Positions 55,001 through 64,000 are shown, numbered from the stretch's first letter. The stretch: DNA of 64,000 nt from an uncultured Pseudomonadales bacterium (GCA_964443885.1 CAYUES010000001.1:4949-68948), one strand, 5' to 3'. Notes: generated by a model not told the origin, from the sequence alone. Translations and numbers: made by a program.

Positions 55001-56191
55001 ATGAAGATTGATAAATCAAAGAAAACACTCACCTTTTTGGTGGTCTTAATGTTGGTGAATGCGCTTTCGTATGGCACAATCATTCCACTACTTTATCCCT
55101 TTGCGGAGCGATTTGGGATTGGCCCTGTGGGCTTGAGTTTACTTTTTGCCTCATTTTCATTATTCCAATTTATCGCTACCCCGATAATTGGTCGCCTTTC
55201 CGACCAGTACGGCCGCCGTCCACTGCTCTTACTCAGTTTATTTGGGACAGGAATCTCGTTAATTATGTTTGGATTGGCCACTACAGTCTGGCAACTCTTC
55301 GTTGCCCGCATTTTAGACGGTATTACGGGAGGTAATATTTCAGTAGCACAAGCGGTAATTGCTGACACTACATCTGGCAAAGACCGTGCAAAAGCCTTTG
55401 GTATGCTTGGAGCCTCATTTGGTTTTGGTTTCTTAATTGGGCCAGCAATTGGTGGATTTTTAAGTACATATTCACTCAGTGCGCCATTTATTTTTGCGGG
55501 AGTTTTAGCAATCGTAGCTACTGTCTTTGGCTACTTCTACTTAGAAGAAAGTTTACCAGCTCGAATTAGTACGCACGAACGCAAGGAACCAATCTTTAAT
55601 CTTGGAGAAATGATTTCAACACTAAAAAAACCGGTTGTTGGCACGTTTATTATTGCAAGTTTGTTTGTCTCACTCGCCTTCAACTCTTTTATCCTCGGGA
55701 CTCAGGCACTCACCAATGATGTCTTGAATCTGACGACATTCCAGATTGGACTGTTCTTTAGTTTTACTGGATTGCTCGGCATTATTATGCAAGCCTTTGG
55801 GGTGGGGTACTTACTGAAAATCATACAATCCAAGCAAACCATCATTACCTATAGTTTGCTGTTGGCTGCTCTCACTTCGGCAATCCTCTTCTTTGCCCAT
55901 AGTTTCGAGGTCTTTGCAGCACTTTCGTTCCTGTTCTTTATTACAAATGCGCCTGCGATGCCTTTGTTATCAGGTTTGCTCTCAGAGTCGGTAGATGCTG
56001 ATCAACAAGGGGTGATCTTGGGAATTAATCAGTCGTATGTGGCGCTCGGGCAAATTATTGGCCCACTCTTGGCGGGTTTTATCACTGGTTACTCATTCTC
56101 GGGCGTCTTTTTGGCCACGGGATTATTATTTGCTACTGCATTTGCCACGATGTTCAAACACCAACGTCAAATTGCGCGAATTGAAAAGTAG
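55001..56191 (+). CDS. MFS transporter (12 TM, drug/H+ antiporter-like)
   Basis: GRLSDQYGRRPLLLLS (MFS motif A between TM2 and TM3), 396 aa with 12 predicted helices. Confidence 0.85.
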   Translation: MKIDKSKKTLTFLVVLMLVNALSYGTIIPLLYPFAERFGIGPVGLSLLFASFSLFQFIATPIIGRLSDQYGRRPLLLLSLFGTGISLIMFGLATTVWQLFVARILDGITGGNISVAQAVIADTTSGKDRAKAFGMLGASFGFGFLIGPAIGGFLSTYSLSAPFIFAGVLAIVATVFGYFYLEESLPARISTHERKEPIFNLGEMISTLKKPVVGTFIIASLFVSLAFNSFILGTQALTNDVLNLTTFQIGLFFSFTGLLGIIMQAFGVGYLLKIIQSKQTIITYSLLLAALTSAILFFAHSFEVFAALSFLFFITNAPAMPLLSGLLSESVDADQQGVILGINQSYVALGQIIGPLLAGFITGYSFSGVFLATGLLFATAFATMFKHQRQIARIEK

Positions 56192-56217
56192 CAGTAAAAT
56201 ATGGGATACTAACAAGT

Positions 56218-56290
56218 GCGGGTGTAGCTCAATGGTCAGAGCTCCAGTTTTCCAAACTGGTGACGAGGGTTCGATTCCCTTCACCCGCTC
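56218..56290 (+). tRNA. tRNA-Gly (anticodon TCC)
   Basis: Acceptor GCGGGTG/CACCCGC, anticodon stem CCAGT/ACTGG with loop TTTCCAA, T-loop TTCGATT, discriminator T. Confidence 0.85.
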
Positions 56291-56310
56291 ACTTATAGTA
56301 CAATATTTTT

Positions 56311-58089
56311 ATGAATTCCTTTGTTCCCTCGCTTGTTGCTTTCATAAAACAACACAAAAACACATTGCTTTGCCTCGCACTGCTGGCGCTCGTTTCATTT
56401 ATCTACAGCACCCACTTGAGGGCGGTTATGGTTCCGAAAGGGTACGATCTACTTTTTCATCTAGGAAATATCTTTGCACTTCAAATTAAGTTTGGTTTTG
56501 AACATACATCGCTTGCTTCTTTTAGTATTTCACCGCTGATTATGCATGATTATGGATACGGTTCGCATCTTTTTTATCCACCACTCTCGCATTTTATACC
56601 TGCTTTGATTTCTTTTTCGATGGCACAGGTTGGTATAAACTCAACCATTCTTGCGATACGTCTATTTAGTTTTCTCACGATTTTTGGTAGTGGTGCCACG
56701 ATGTTCTACGCTGCAAAGAAAATCAGCAACAACATGGTGTATGCAAGTTTTGCCAGTTTGTTATATCTCTCTGCTCCGTACCTCCAAATGGACTACTACT
56801 GGCGCGGTGGGATGAGCTCAAGTCTGTGTTTTGTTTTCCTGCCGATTTTGTTACTAAGTTTGTACTACTTCACTAAAGAAAAGTTTGCTCCTTTCTTCTT
56901 CACTTTCGTGATTAGCATGACGCTGATTGCTTGGACACACCTCATCACTGCGTTTTTCAGTTTTATTATTTTTATGTTGGCGCTAGCTGTAAACTTCTTT
57001 TTTGTAAAAAAGAAAAAAGCTGCCTTCCTTAGTACGCTAGCAGCAGGCCTTATGATTGGCGTTATGACCAGCCCTTTCTGGAGCTTATTACTCCAGCAAC
57101 AACTGCTACAGACGCACATCATTTATAGTCCAGACTATCCATTCAATATTGAATCTGTGGGCTTTAATACCATTAGTTTCCGAGCGTTATTTGATATTCA
57201 GTTTGCTGTATGGGAGTTCAAGATCCGAAATCTTTTTGCGCTCTTCAATATAGTTAATCTGGTATTTTTTGTGGTGTTTGTTTTGTTGATAAAACCGATC
57301 AGTAAAACCTTAAAGAAACCACAATTTATGTATACATTGATTGGTTTACTTATCTTACTGCTCGGTATGGTGACGATACGAGCATTTTGGATTTATTTAC
57401 CGCATCAATTTGCATATATTCAGTACCCGCATCGACTGCTTTTGGAGGCAACACCAATTGTATCTTTATTAATTGCGCTACCATTTATATTGATACGAAA
57501 AGTAACACGAAAAACCCTAGTTCTACTGTCTGCGTTGGGTATTTTAATTGTTGCGTACACATATAGATTTAATAACTATGAACTCTATGAACTAGGCACA
57601 ATTGACTACACCACCCACTCGATTATTCAAGCAATGGGAGTTGAAAATGAGTACCTCCCAGTGCGCTCCAAAGACAAGTTTTATGAGTTTGATGCTCGCT
57701 CATATAACCTCTTACCACTGACAAATATTGAAACTGCAACTCCTTCAGCTACGATTCAGACCAACGAAACGCCATATTTACTGGCCAAGATTGAAAATAA
57801 TGAGTCGAAGGAAACTGTTTTTGAGTTGCCACGGCTATTTTATGCTGGATATGAACTGATCTGGCAGGCCGAAGGCGCTACTAACCGAGTGTCACTTCCC
57901 TACTCTCAAGGTGAAAACGGTTTGATCACGACTGTTATTCCAGGCAACGGCACACTTGAAGTGCAGTACACTGGCGGCAAGTGGTATCCAATACTTTGCT
58001 TGGGCGCAGTGGTGGCTTTTGGTTATCTAAGTGTGCTGCTCTATAGATACTCTTTTACTAAAAAATCTATCTGGCTCGAAAAAGTATAG
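56311..58089 (+). CDS. Large polytopic membrane protein, putative GT-C-like glycosyltransferase/YfhO-like
   Basis: 592 aa with more than 12 hydrophobic helices plus C-terminal soluble domain and final TM. Assignment by architecture only. Confidence 0.4.
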   Translation: MNSFVPSLVAFIKQHKNTLLCLALLALVSFIYSTHLRAVMVPKGYDLLFHLGNIFALQIKFGFEHTSLASFSISPLIMHDYGYGSHLFYPPLSHFIPALISFSMAQVGINSTILAIRLFSFLTIFGSGATMFYAAKKISNNMVYASFASLLYLSAPYLQMDYYWRGGMSSSLCFVFLPILLLSLYYFTKEKFAPFFFTFVISMTLIAWTHLITAFFSFIIFMLALAVNFFFVKKKKAAFLSTLAAGLMIGVMTSPFWSLLLQQQLLQTHIIYSPDYPFNIESVGFNTISFRALFDIQFAVWEFKIRNLFALFNIVNLVFFVVFVLLIKPISKTLKKPQFMYTLIGLLILLLGMVTIRAFWIYLPHQFAYIQYPHRLLLEATPIVSLLIALPFILIRKVTRKTLVLLSALGILIVAYTYRFNNYELYELGTIDYTTHSIIQAMGVENEYLPVRSKDKFYEFDARSYNLLPLTNIETATPSATIQTNETPYLLAKIENNESKETVFELPRLFYAGYELIWQAEGATNRVSLPYSQGENGLITTVIPGNGTLEVQYTGGKWYPILCLGAVVAFGYLSVLLYRYSFTKKSIWLEKV

Positions 58090-58120
58090 TCCACGGTAGG
58101 CTGTTAAAGCTTGAGATCTC

Positions 58121-59023
58121 TTACTTATCATCGCCTGCTACATACTTCTCCAAAAACTGTAGCACCTGTTCTTCAAACTCAGTTGGATGAAAGTAGTGAA
58201 TGTCATGGCGACTCTCAATTTCCCAGTACTCTTTTGGTTGGTTGGCTAAGTCGTACAAAGTCTTGGCGTCTGCTCCATTCACGACGTCATCTTGAGTAGC
58301 AGCCATCAAAAGTATGGGCACCTCAGACCCAGTTTTTGCAGAAATTTTAGCAATGTTCTTGGCAGCTGTAAATTCTTGATAGTCTTGGCTAATTTCTGTT
58401 TTGGCTGCTTGTTTCATAATCGGCAAAAATATTGTTGGTGTCAAGTTTTCGTGACGCAGTTGTACGCTAAAAAGTGAATCAAAGTTTGAGTATGGCACCG
58501 ATGCAATCACAAAGTCGCCTTTGCCAGTTTGACCAGCGGTAATAATTGAAGAAACTGCGCCCATTGAAACACCGAGAAAGCCAATCTTTTTGTCTTTGTT
58601 TTCTGGCAAACTGCGCAAGTGATCATAGACGGCTTCAATATCTTTCCATTCGTGTACACCCAAACTAATCCGGTTCCCTTCGCTCTCGCCATAGCCACGT
58701 AGATCAAGTAAAGCTGTTGAGTAGCCAGCTTTTTGCAGGTACTCAACTTGATCGATCATAGCGGTCTTTCCGCCTGGATTACTGTAGCCGTGAACCAAAA
58801 TTACTACTGCTTTCGGTTCTGAAGCAGGAACGTACCAATACGCGATTTTTTTATTGTCGCTCGTGGTTACAAACTCAGTTGTGGGTGAAAAGTTTTCCGT
58901 TTTCTCCCACTTAGAGTTATTATGGTGAGTATGTAAATTGAACTGCAATCGATATCGTAAGTACCAAAAACTACCTAAGTAAAACAGACTGGAAAATAGC
59001 AAAAGTATAAATAGAAACTTCAT
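58121..59023 (-). CDS. Membrane-anchored alpha/beta hydrolase
   Basis: N-terminal TM. VVILVHGYS...LDLRGYGESEG...FLGVSMGAVSS (GxSxG nucleophile elbow). Confidence 0.75.
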   Translation of the reverse strand: MKFLFILLLFSSLFYLGSFWYLRYRLQFNLHTHHNNSKWEKTENFSPTTEFVTTSDNKKIAYWYVPASEPKAVVILVHGYSNPGGKTAMIDQVEYLQKAGYSTALLDLRGYGESEGNRISLGVHEWKDIEAVYDHLRSLPENKDKKIGFLGVSMGAVSSIITAGQTGKGDFVIASVPYSNFDSLFSVQLRHENLTPTIFLPIMKQAAKTEISQDYQEFTAAKNIAKISAKTGSEVPILLMAATQDDVVNGADAKTLYDLANQPKEYWEIESRHDIHYFHPTEFEEQVLQFLEKYVAGDDK

Positions 59024-59061
59024 CTACTGCAGTATAGCAAAGTTCTGGATATCTAGTGGAA

Positions 59062-59772
59062 CTACACACTCAAAAAACCAAGCTCTTTGCGCTCGAGTTC
59101 GCGGTACTGCATTTCGTGCAAATCAGCGATCGTAAAGTGTGCAAACTTAACTCGCACCAACTTCACGACTTCATAGCCAATCCGCTCAAACATGCGGCGC
59201 ACTTGGCGGTTGTAGCCCTGGTGAATCGTCATCGAAAGAATAGTTTTGTTACCAACTTCTTCAAGTACTTCAATCGCATCTGGTTTAGTAAAACCTTCTT
59301 TAAGCTTTACACCTGCGCGCATCAGATTAAGCGCTTTGTAGGTTGGTTGACCATTGACGGTTGCTTCGTAGGTTTTAGGAATTCTAAACTTTGGATGAGT
59401 CAATTTGTAGGCATAGTCGCCATCGTTGGTGAGCAGCATTAGGCCTTCACTTTCGAAGTCCAGACGGCCAACTGGATATAAACGCTCGGAAATTTCTGGC
59501 AGAAGTCGTAAAATTGACCGACGACCTAGTTCATCTGAAGTGGTCGAAACATAGCCGGGTGGTTTATAGACTAGGAAGTAGCGTTTGTGCTCAGGTTCTT
59601 TAATTGGTTTGCCATCGACAAAGACATTGTCCTTCTTTGGCTCGATACGTTGGCCAATATGCGCGACTTCACCGTTGACTCGGACTTTGCCAGTTGCGAT
59701 CAAATCTTCACTAGCCCGACGTGATGCGACGCCTGCGTGTGCCATAAAGACATGTAATTTGATTGATGCCAT
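59062..59772 (-). CDS. Pseudouridine synthase, RsuA/RluB family (S4 RNA-binding plus PseudoU_synth_2)
   Basis: N-terminal S4 (HVFMAHAGVASRRASEDLIATGKVRVNG). Catalytic YPVGRLDFESEGLMLLTNDG (GRLD Asp). Confidence 0.85.
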   Translation of the reverse strand: MASIKLHVFMAHAGVASRRASEDLIATGKVRVNGEVAHIGQRIEPKKDNVFVDGKPIKEPEHKRYFLVYKPPGYVSTTSDELGRRSILRLLPEISERLYPVGRLDFESEGLMLLTNDGDYAYKLTHPKFRIPKTYEATVNGQPTYKALNLMRAGVKLKEGFTKPDAIEVLEEVGNKTILSMTIHQGYNRQVRRMFERIGYEVVKLVRVKFAHFTIADLHEMQYRELERKELGFLSV

Positions 59773-59805
59773 AGATCTTTCTCCAAGTCGTATTATAATC
59801 TATAT

Positions 59806-60486
59806 ATGGCAAAACCGACTGGAGCACTTTTTGATTGCAATGGAGTAATTATTGACGACTACTTATTGCAAAAAGAAGTATGGAAAATTCTCTCTCAAAA
59901 AATACGACAAAAGCCGATTACTGATCAAGAAATGGTTGAGCATGTTTTGAGTATTCCAACATTGGAAGTTTTTCACTGGATAACTGAGGGCAAGCTGAGT
60001 GAAGATGAGCTCCGTCAATTAGATGATGAAAAAAGAGCAATTATTATTGAGCTTTCTAAAGACACATCATTATATCGTTTAATGCCTGGTATTGAGTTGT
60101 TTTTTGATGAGCTGCAAGCTCATGGTGTTCCTATGACTATTGTTACTTCAGCACGCGAAAGTAGCGTTATTAGCTACTTTAAAACCTATCCATTTGAGAA
60201 GTGGTTCGAGTTTGAAAAGGTTATTTATAACGATGGAAAGCATAATAATAAACCAGCTCCAGATCCGTACATCCTGGGTGCTAAAAACTTGGGTCTGGCA
60301 GCAAGTGACTGTGCGGTTTTTGAAGATTCTCCATCTGGAGTTATCTCAGGATTTGCGGCCGGCTCGAGAAATATTATTGGAATCTCTAGCAACTTGCCTG
60401 AAGGGTCACTACAAAAATTGCCAGGTGTAGTCAAAGTAGTACAAGACTTCTTTCAGGTCTCTGTTGCAGATATCTTTGTTGTATAA
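59806..60486 (+). CDS. HAD-superfamily hydrolase (beta-phosphoglucomutase-like subfamily IA) with DxN in motif I
   Basis: ALFDCNGVIIDD (motif I with Asn at Asp+2), TSARES (motif II), KPAPDPY (motif III Lys), FEDSPSG (motif IV). TATAAT 6 nt upstream of ATG. Confidence 0.7.
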   Translation: MAKPTGALFDCNGVIIDDYLLQKEVWKILSQKIRQKPITDQEMVEHVLSIPTLEVFHWITEGKLSEDELRQLDDEKRAIIIELSKDTSLYRLMPGIELFFDELQAHGVPMTIVTSARESSVISYFKTYPFEKWFEFEKVIYNDGKHNNKPAPDPYILGAKNLGLAASDCAVFEDSPSGVISGFAAGSRNIIGISSNLPEGSLQKLPGVVKVVQDFFQVSVADIFVV

Positions 60487-60495
60487 TCCCACGTT

Positions 60496-61560
60496 ATGAA
60501 AGACACATCTAAAGCATTCATGCGCGAGTGGGTAAATGATGGCATTCGTGCATTTTTTAAGTTGCGCGGGTTTAGAGAAGTCGAAACGCCTCTTTTTGTA
60601 GCCAATCCAGATCCAGAGCCAACAATTGAACTTTTCAAAACAATTCACAAAGCTAACGATTACTCAGTTACTGGCTACTTAAATGGCAGTCCTGAGTTTA
60701 TGATGAAGAAGTTACTTGCAGCAGGTTCAGGAAATATTTTCCAGATCTGCAAGAGTTTTCGTAATGGCGAACCTGTCAGTTCCAGACATAATCCTGAGTT
60801 TTCAATCCTAGAGTGGTATCGTGTCGAAGCTGACTACCGCGATATCATGACTGACTGTGAAAACTTATTTATCTTCCTCCACACCTATATTACTGCTCTA
60901 CGTGAGAAGAAACTGGCACATGCATATGATGTAGAGGTTCTGCCTGAAAGTGATCTGCAACTGACTTTCAAAGGTACCACCTACGATCTGCGTGGTCCAT
61001 GGGAGCGACTAAGTGTGCCCGAGGCTTTTGAAAAATATGCTCAGGTGAGCAAAGATGAACTGTTAGACGAAGCACTTTTACTAGCGAAAGCAAAAGAAAA
61101 AGGCTACTCAGTTACCGAAACTACTAGCTACGACGATGCGTTTTATCAAATCATGCTCAATGAAATCGAGCCACACCTGGGTGAAACAAAACCTACATTT
61201 TTGTACGACTATCCTGCTAGCCAAGCCGCACTTTCCAAGAAAAAAGCAGAAGATCCACGACTGGCAGAGCGGTTTGAGTTGTACTTGGGTGGCTTAGAAC
61301 TCGGTAACGCCTTTTCTGAACTTGCTGACTGGCAAGAACAGCAAGAACGTTTTACCAATCAACTAGCGACTCGCCGCGCCAATGCTCAAGATGCATGGCA
61401 GATTGATCAGCAGTTTATTGATGCGCTCAAAACAGGCTTCCCGCGCTGTGGTGGGATTGCGGTGGGTGTGGATCGATTAGTAATGCTTTTTGCAGATGCT
61501 TCAGAAATTTCCGAAGTGCTCTTCTTCCCTGCTGATGATATTTTTGAACTAGCCAAGTAG
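60496..61560 (+). CDS. epmA: Elongation factor P--(R)-beta-lysine ligase (EpmA/PoxA/GenX; class II LysRS paralog)
   Basis: RGFREVETP (motif 1), ICKSFRNGEPVSSRHNPEFSILEWY (motif 2 FRNE...HNPEF), C-terminal GGIAVGVDRLVM (motif 3). About 350 aa, no anticodon-binding domain. Confidence 0.8.
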   Translation: MKDTSKAFMREWVNDGIRAFFKLRGFREVETPLFVANPDPEPTIELFKTIHKANDYSVTGYLNGSPEFMMKKLLAAGSGNIFQICKSFRNGEPVSSRHNPEFSILEWYRVEADYRDIMTDCENLFIFLHTYITALREKKLAHAYDVEVLPESDLQLTFKGTTYDLRGPWERLSVPEAFEKYAQVSKDELLDEALLLAKAKEKGYSVTETTSYDDAFYQIMLNEIEPHLGETKPTFLYDYPASQAALSKKKAEDPRLAERFELYLGGLELGNAFSELADWQEQQERFTNQLATRRANAQDAWQIDQQFIDALKTGFPRCGGIAVGVDRLVMLFADASEISEVLFFPADDIFELAK

Positions 61561-61697
61561 TTGATTCTCTATAAAGTATCAATTCAATTTTTTGTAATGC
61601 TTAACGTGCAAGTGGCACAGATAGCCCTAGATATTTAGCTGTTTTGGAATCTATCTCGATCAGGTACAATATCGCTTGCTTCAATTCAAAAGGATCT

Positions 61698-62261
61698 ATG
61701 ACAATTAACGGCGGCAACATCAAAAAAGGTATGTATCTTCTTTTCAAGAATGAACCATACCAAGTTACCAAAACTGACTTTATGAGTCCTGGCAAAGGCT
61801 CTGCGTTTATGCGCGTCAAAATGCGTAATATCAAAACTGGTAACTCGCTTGAATTCACTTTTAAATCTACTGAATCAGTCGAAGAAATCGACGTGATGAA
61901 TACTGAGATGCAGTTTTTGTATGCTGACGATACCGAAGCGGTCTTCATGGATAACCGCAGCTTTGATCAAATGAGTGTCCCGATCGCTTTAGTTGCAGAA
62001 GATATTCAACTCCTTACTCCAGAAGCATCTGTCTATGTAGTAATTTACGATGACAAAGCAATTGGCGTGCGTCTGCCTCCAAAAGTTACGCTGACTATCA
62101 CCTATGCAGAAGAAGCTGTCGCAGGTAACACTGTTGGTAATGCTCGCAAAGAAGCTGAACTTGAGACAGGAATGAAGATCTTGGTGCCTTTATTTGTAAA
62201 AACAGGCGATAAAATTATTATCGACACCGCTACCCACGAGTACGTTTCACGCGCGAACTAG
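61698..62261 (+). CDS. efp: Elongation factor P
   Basis: KKGMYLLFKNEPYQVTKTDFMSPGKGSAFMRVKMRN (KOW domain with conserved loop Lys in PGKGSA), three-domain length. ATG 61698 with AAAGGA SD. Track start 61644 rejected. Confidence 0.9.
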   Translation: MTINGGNIKKGMYLLFKNEPYQVTKTDFMSPGKGSAFMRVKMRNIKTGNSLEFTFKSTESVEEIDVMNTEMQFLYADDTEAVFMDNRSFDQMSVPIALVAEDIQLLTPEASVYVVIYDDKAIGVRLPPKVTLTITYAEEAVAGNTVGNARKEAELETGMKILVPLFVKTGDKIIIDTATHEYVSRAN

Positions 62262-62363
62262 CCAATATTTAGATTGATATATCAAGGAAAGTAGCCGATA
62301 TGCTATATTGGCAGTCAATTAAGATGTCTGCCAATCGCTCTGATAGTGCAATACAGCCGCACT

Positions 62364-63635
62364 TTACCCATGTTTCTGGATGTGTAACTCACGCTCTATC
62401 TCGAGTAGACGGTTGTATTTAGCTACACGCTCGCCTCTTGTTGGCCCCACCTTTATGTAAATGGCACCAACTGCTACGGCTAGATCAACCAGTGCAGTAT
62501 CGTTTGTTTCCCCACCACCACGATGTGACGGAATCGTACTCATGCCATGTTGCTTCGCCAGCATGCAGGTCTCGATAGTTTCAGATACACTACCGATTTG
62601 ATTGAGCTTAATTAGGATACTCGAGATTGCTTGGAGTTCAATAGCTTTCTGTAGTCTCTCCACACTCGTAACGGTGACGTCATCACCAATCAACGGGACG
62701 TGGTGCGCATCGCACATCTGTTTGCAGACTTGCCAGCTTGCCCAGTCATCTTCATGCAGCGGATCTTCTAAAGTCACAATTGGATATTTTTCTAATAATG
62801 TCTGGAAGTACTCAATCACTTCAGTTGGTGAAAGTGTTCGGTTTTCCAAAGCAAAGTGATACATGCCATCTTTGTAAAACTCATTGGCAGCAGCATCAAT
62901 CGAGAAACCCACGTCTACACCAGCCTGATACCCTGCTCTTTCAATTGCCTGGAGCATATATGAAAATGGTGCTTCGTTGGTAGTAATACCGCTTGGTGCA
63001 AAAGCGCCTTCATTCCCAACATTGGTAGATAAGTTATTTTCTTGCAAGATCTTAGCCAACGCATGGTAACATTCCAACATAATTCGTACACTCTCTGTAC
63101 GGTAACCTTGCTTTAATACACTAAAGCAGTATTCTTGCAGATCAGTTGAGTGGTCAGCATGTTTCCCGCCTTCAATTACGACAGCCATTGGTTGGGGTAG
63201 CACTTCAAATGTTGCGCCGGTCTGAAAGGTGTCACGCAGATGCAGGTACAAGGGTTTTTTCTGTGAGTTGGCGGCGGCACGGGCGGTGGCGACCGAGACA
63301 GCTAAGATGGCATTGCCACCCAAGCGTGATTTTTGCGGTGTCCCATCCAACTCAATCATTGTTTTATCGATTAGTTTCTGATTATTGGCATCCAAACCTA
63401 GCAAATGCGGCGCAATTTCTTCGTGGACGTTTCGAATTGCTTGCAGCATGCCTTTGCCGTTGTATCGTGCTTGATCTCCATCTACCAAGACCGATGCCTC
63501 GTGTGAGCCAGCTGAAGCCCCATATGGTACTGATGCGAGGCCAACACTGCCATCTTCAACCGTGACTTTGACTTCAATTGAAGGATACCCTCCCGAAGCA
63601 ATAATTTCGTAACACTGGATAGCGGTAATCTGCAT
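62364..63635 (-). CDS. Enolase (copy 2, divergent paralog)
   Basis: MQITAIQCYEIIASGGYPSIEVKV...SHRGGGETNDTALVDLAVAVGAIYIKVGPTRGERVAKYNRL. Full-length enolase fold. Shares the ETND/RGER variants with copy 1. Confidence 0.8.
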   Translation of the reverse strand: MQITAIQCYEIIASGGYPSIEVKVTVEDGSVGLASVPYGASAGSHEASVLVDGDQARYNGKGMLQAIRNVHEEIAPHLLGLDANNQKLIDKTMIELDGTPQKSRLGGNAILAVSVATARAAANSQKKPLYLHLRDTFQTGATFEVLPQPMAVVIEGGKHADHSTDLQEYCFSVLKQGYRTESVRIMLECYHALAKILQENNLSTNVGNEGAFAPSGITTNEAPFSYMLQAIERAGYQAGVDVGFSIDAAANEFYKDGMYHFALENRTLSPTEVIEYFQTLLEKYPIVTLEDPLHEDDWASWQVCKQMCDAHHVPLIGDDVTVTSVERLQKAIELQAISSILIKLNQIGSVSETIETCMLAKQHGMSTIPSHRGGGETNDTALVDLAVAVGAIYIKVGPTRGERVAKYNRLLEIERELHIQKHG

Positions 63636-63753
63636 AAAAATCCTTCTCTTAATTTGTATACTTGAGTTTCAGGTGCAGTGCAAGAGCCTTTATAATCAAA
63701 AATATTGACAACCTTACTTCTTTAGATCCTTCAGGTATAATACTGACGTATCC

Positions 63754-63825
63754 GCGCCTATAGTTCAACGGATAGAACAGGGGCCTTCTAAGCCTCAAAT
63801 CTGGGTTCGATTCCCCGTGGGCGCA
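63754..63825 (+). tRNA. tRNA-Arg (anticodon TCT)
   Basis: Acceptor GCGCCTA/TGGGCGC (one G-U), D-arm AGTTCAACGGATAGAAC, anticodon stem GGGGC/GCCTC with loop CTTCTAA, T-loop TTCGATT. T-stem pairing imperfect in my hand-fold. Confidence 0.7.
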
Positions 63826-63891
63826 CAGTTGATTGATAGTTTGTTGATAACGGTGCCGAATAAAACAAAATACGGTATAATTGCAACTCTT

Positions 63892-63970
63892 GGTGGTATT
63901 AGCTCAGTTGGTTTAGAGCGCGTCCCTGTGAAGGACGAGGTCGCCGGTTCGAGCCCGGTATACCACCCCA
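63892..63970 (+). tRNA. tRNA-His (anticodon GTG) with encoded G-1 and CCA
   Basis: G-1 at 63892 opposite discriminator C. Acceptor GTGGTAT/ATACCAC, anticodon stem CGTCC/GGACG with loop CTGTGAA, T-arm GCCGGTTCGAGCCCGGT, CCA at 63968-63970. Confidence 0.85.
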
Positions 63971-64000
63971 AAGTTTCTTAAACTACGGAACTAAGCTACT

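Noticed and set aside
56037-56489. Track ORF 56037..56489 (+) 150 aa
   Set aside because: Out-of-frame overlap with the MFS transporter 3' end, runs through tRNA-Gly(TCC) and into the next gene. Spurious.
61601-61948. Track ORF 61601..61948 (-) 115 aa
   Set aside because: Antisense to the efp coding region, which is strongly supported. Spurious.
62262-62363. Inverted repeat GCCAATAT...ATATTGGC between efp and enolase-2 (convergent gene ends)
   Set aside because: Arms are separated by about 40 nt and not followed by a U-tract. May be a weak bidirectional terminator, but evidence is insufficient to annotate.
1-64000. Search for CRISPR arrays, rRNA, integrases/transposases, prophage modules
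   Set aside because: No direct-repeat arrays, no rRNA-like segments, no recombinase or phage structural motifs seen. The window appears to be chromosomal core plus small accessory patches rather than a mobile element.

Overview
This 64 kb window is gene-dense (about 43% GC, my estimate) with mostly short proteins and about 60 protein-coding genes. No rRNA, CRISPR array, integrase or transposase is visible, so nothing here looks like a mobile element. Gene content: archaeal-type bifunctional PGI/PMI, a bacterial Elp3 homolog, an archaeal-type PPAT-DPCK fusion, many SAM methyltransferases and many small membrane proteins. This fits a reduced-genome, possibly Patescibacteria/CPR-like bacterium; that placement is an inference. 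There are 15 tRNA genes, found by hand-folding cloverleaves: Leu(TAG), Lys(CTT), Arg(TCG), Leu(CAG), Leu(GAG), Val(TAC), Phe(GAA), Gly(GCC), Gln(TTG), Pro(TGG), Leu(TAA), Gly(TCC), Arg(TCT) and His(GTG). Main blocks: (i) SOS/NER: uvrA and uvrB in tandem, with lexA 4 kb away. (ii) A minus-strand sugar-phosphate/glycolysis operon: pgm, pgi/pmi, a PEP-utilizing-enzyme-like protein that lacks the phosphohistidine domain, enolase, and iPGM. (iii) A cell-surface/accessory stretch: SLT-like lytic transglycosylase, clan GH-A glycosidase, ABC exporter, GNATs, an AbiEii-family nucleotidyltransferase toxin with a small overlapping partner gene, and a 955-aa cadherin/Fn3 surface protein flanked by a Leu-Leu-Val-Phe tRNA cluster. 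(iv) A genome-maintenance cluster: MazG-like, RecQ, RarA, a MutY-like HhH-GPD glycosylase, and Ogt nearby. (v) epmA-efp, a second divergent enolase paralog, and a HAD hydrolase. The most unusual item is the gene at 43605..45158, which fuses an N-terminal VKOR (vitamin K epoxide reductase) membrane domain to a complete class-2 dihydroorotate dehydrogenase; that DHODH carries Cys where class-2 enzymes have the catalytic Ser. Many genes have TATAAT 6-9 nt upstream of ATG with no Shine-Dalgarno, which suggests leaderless transcripts. The ORF track uses TTG/GTG as 'M', so several listed 5' ends are over-extended; I give the likely ATG starts.
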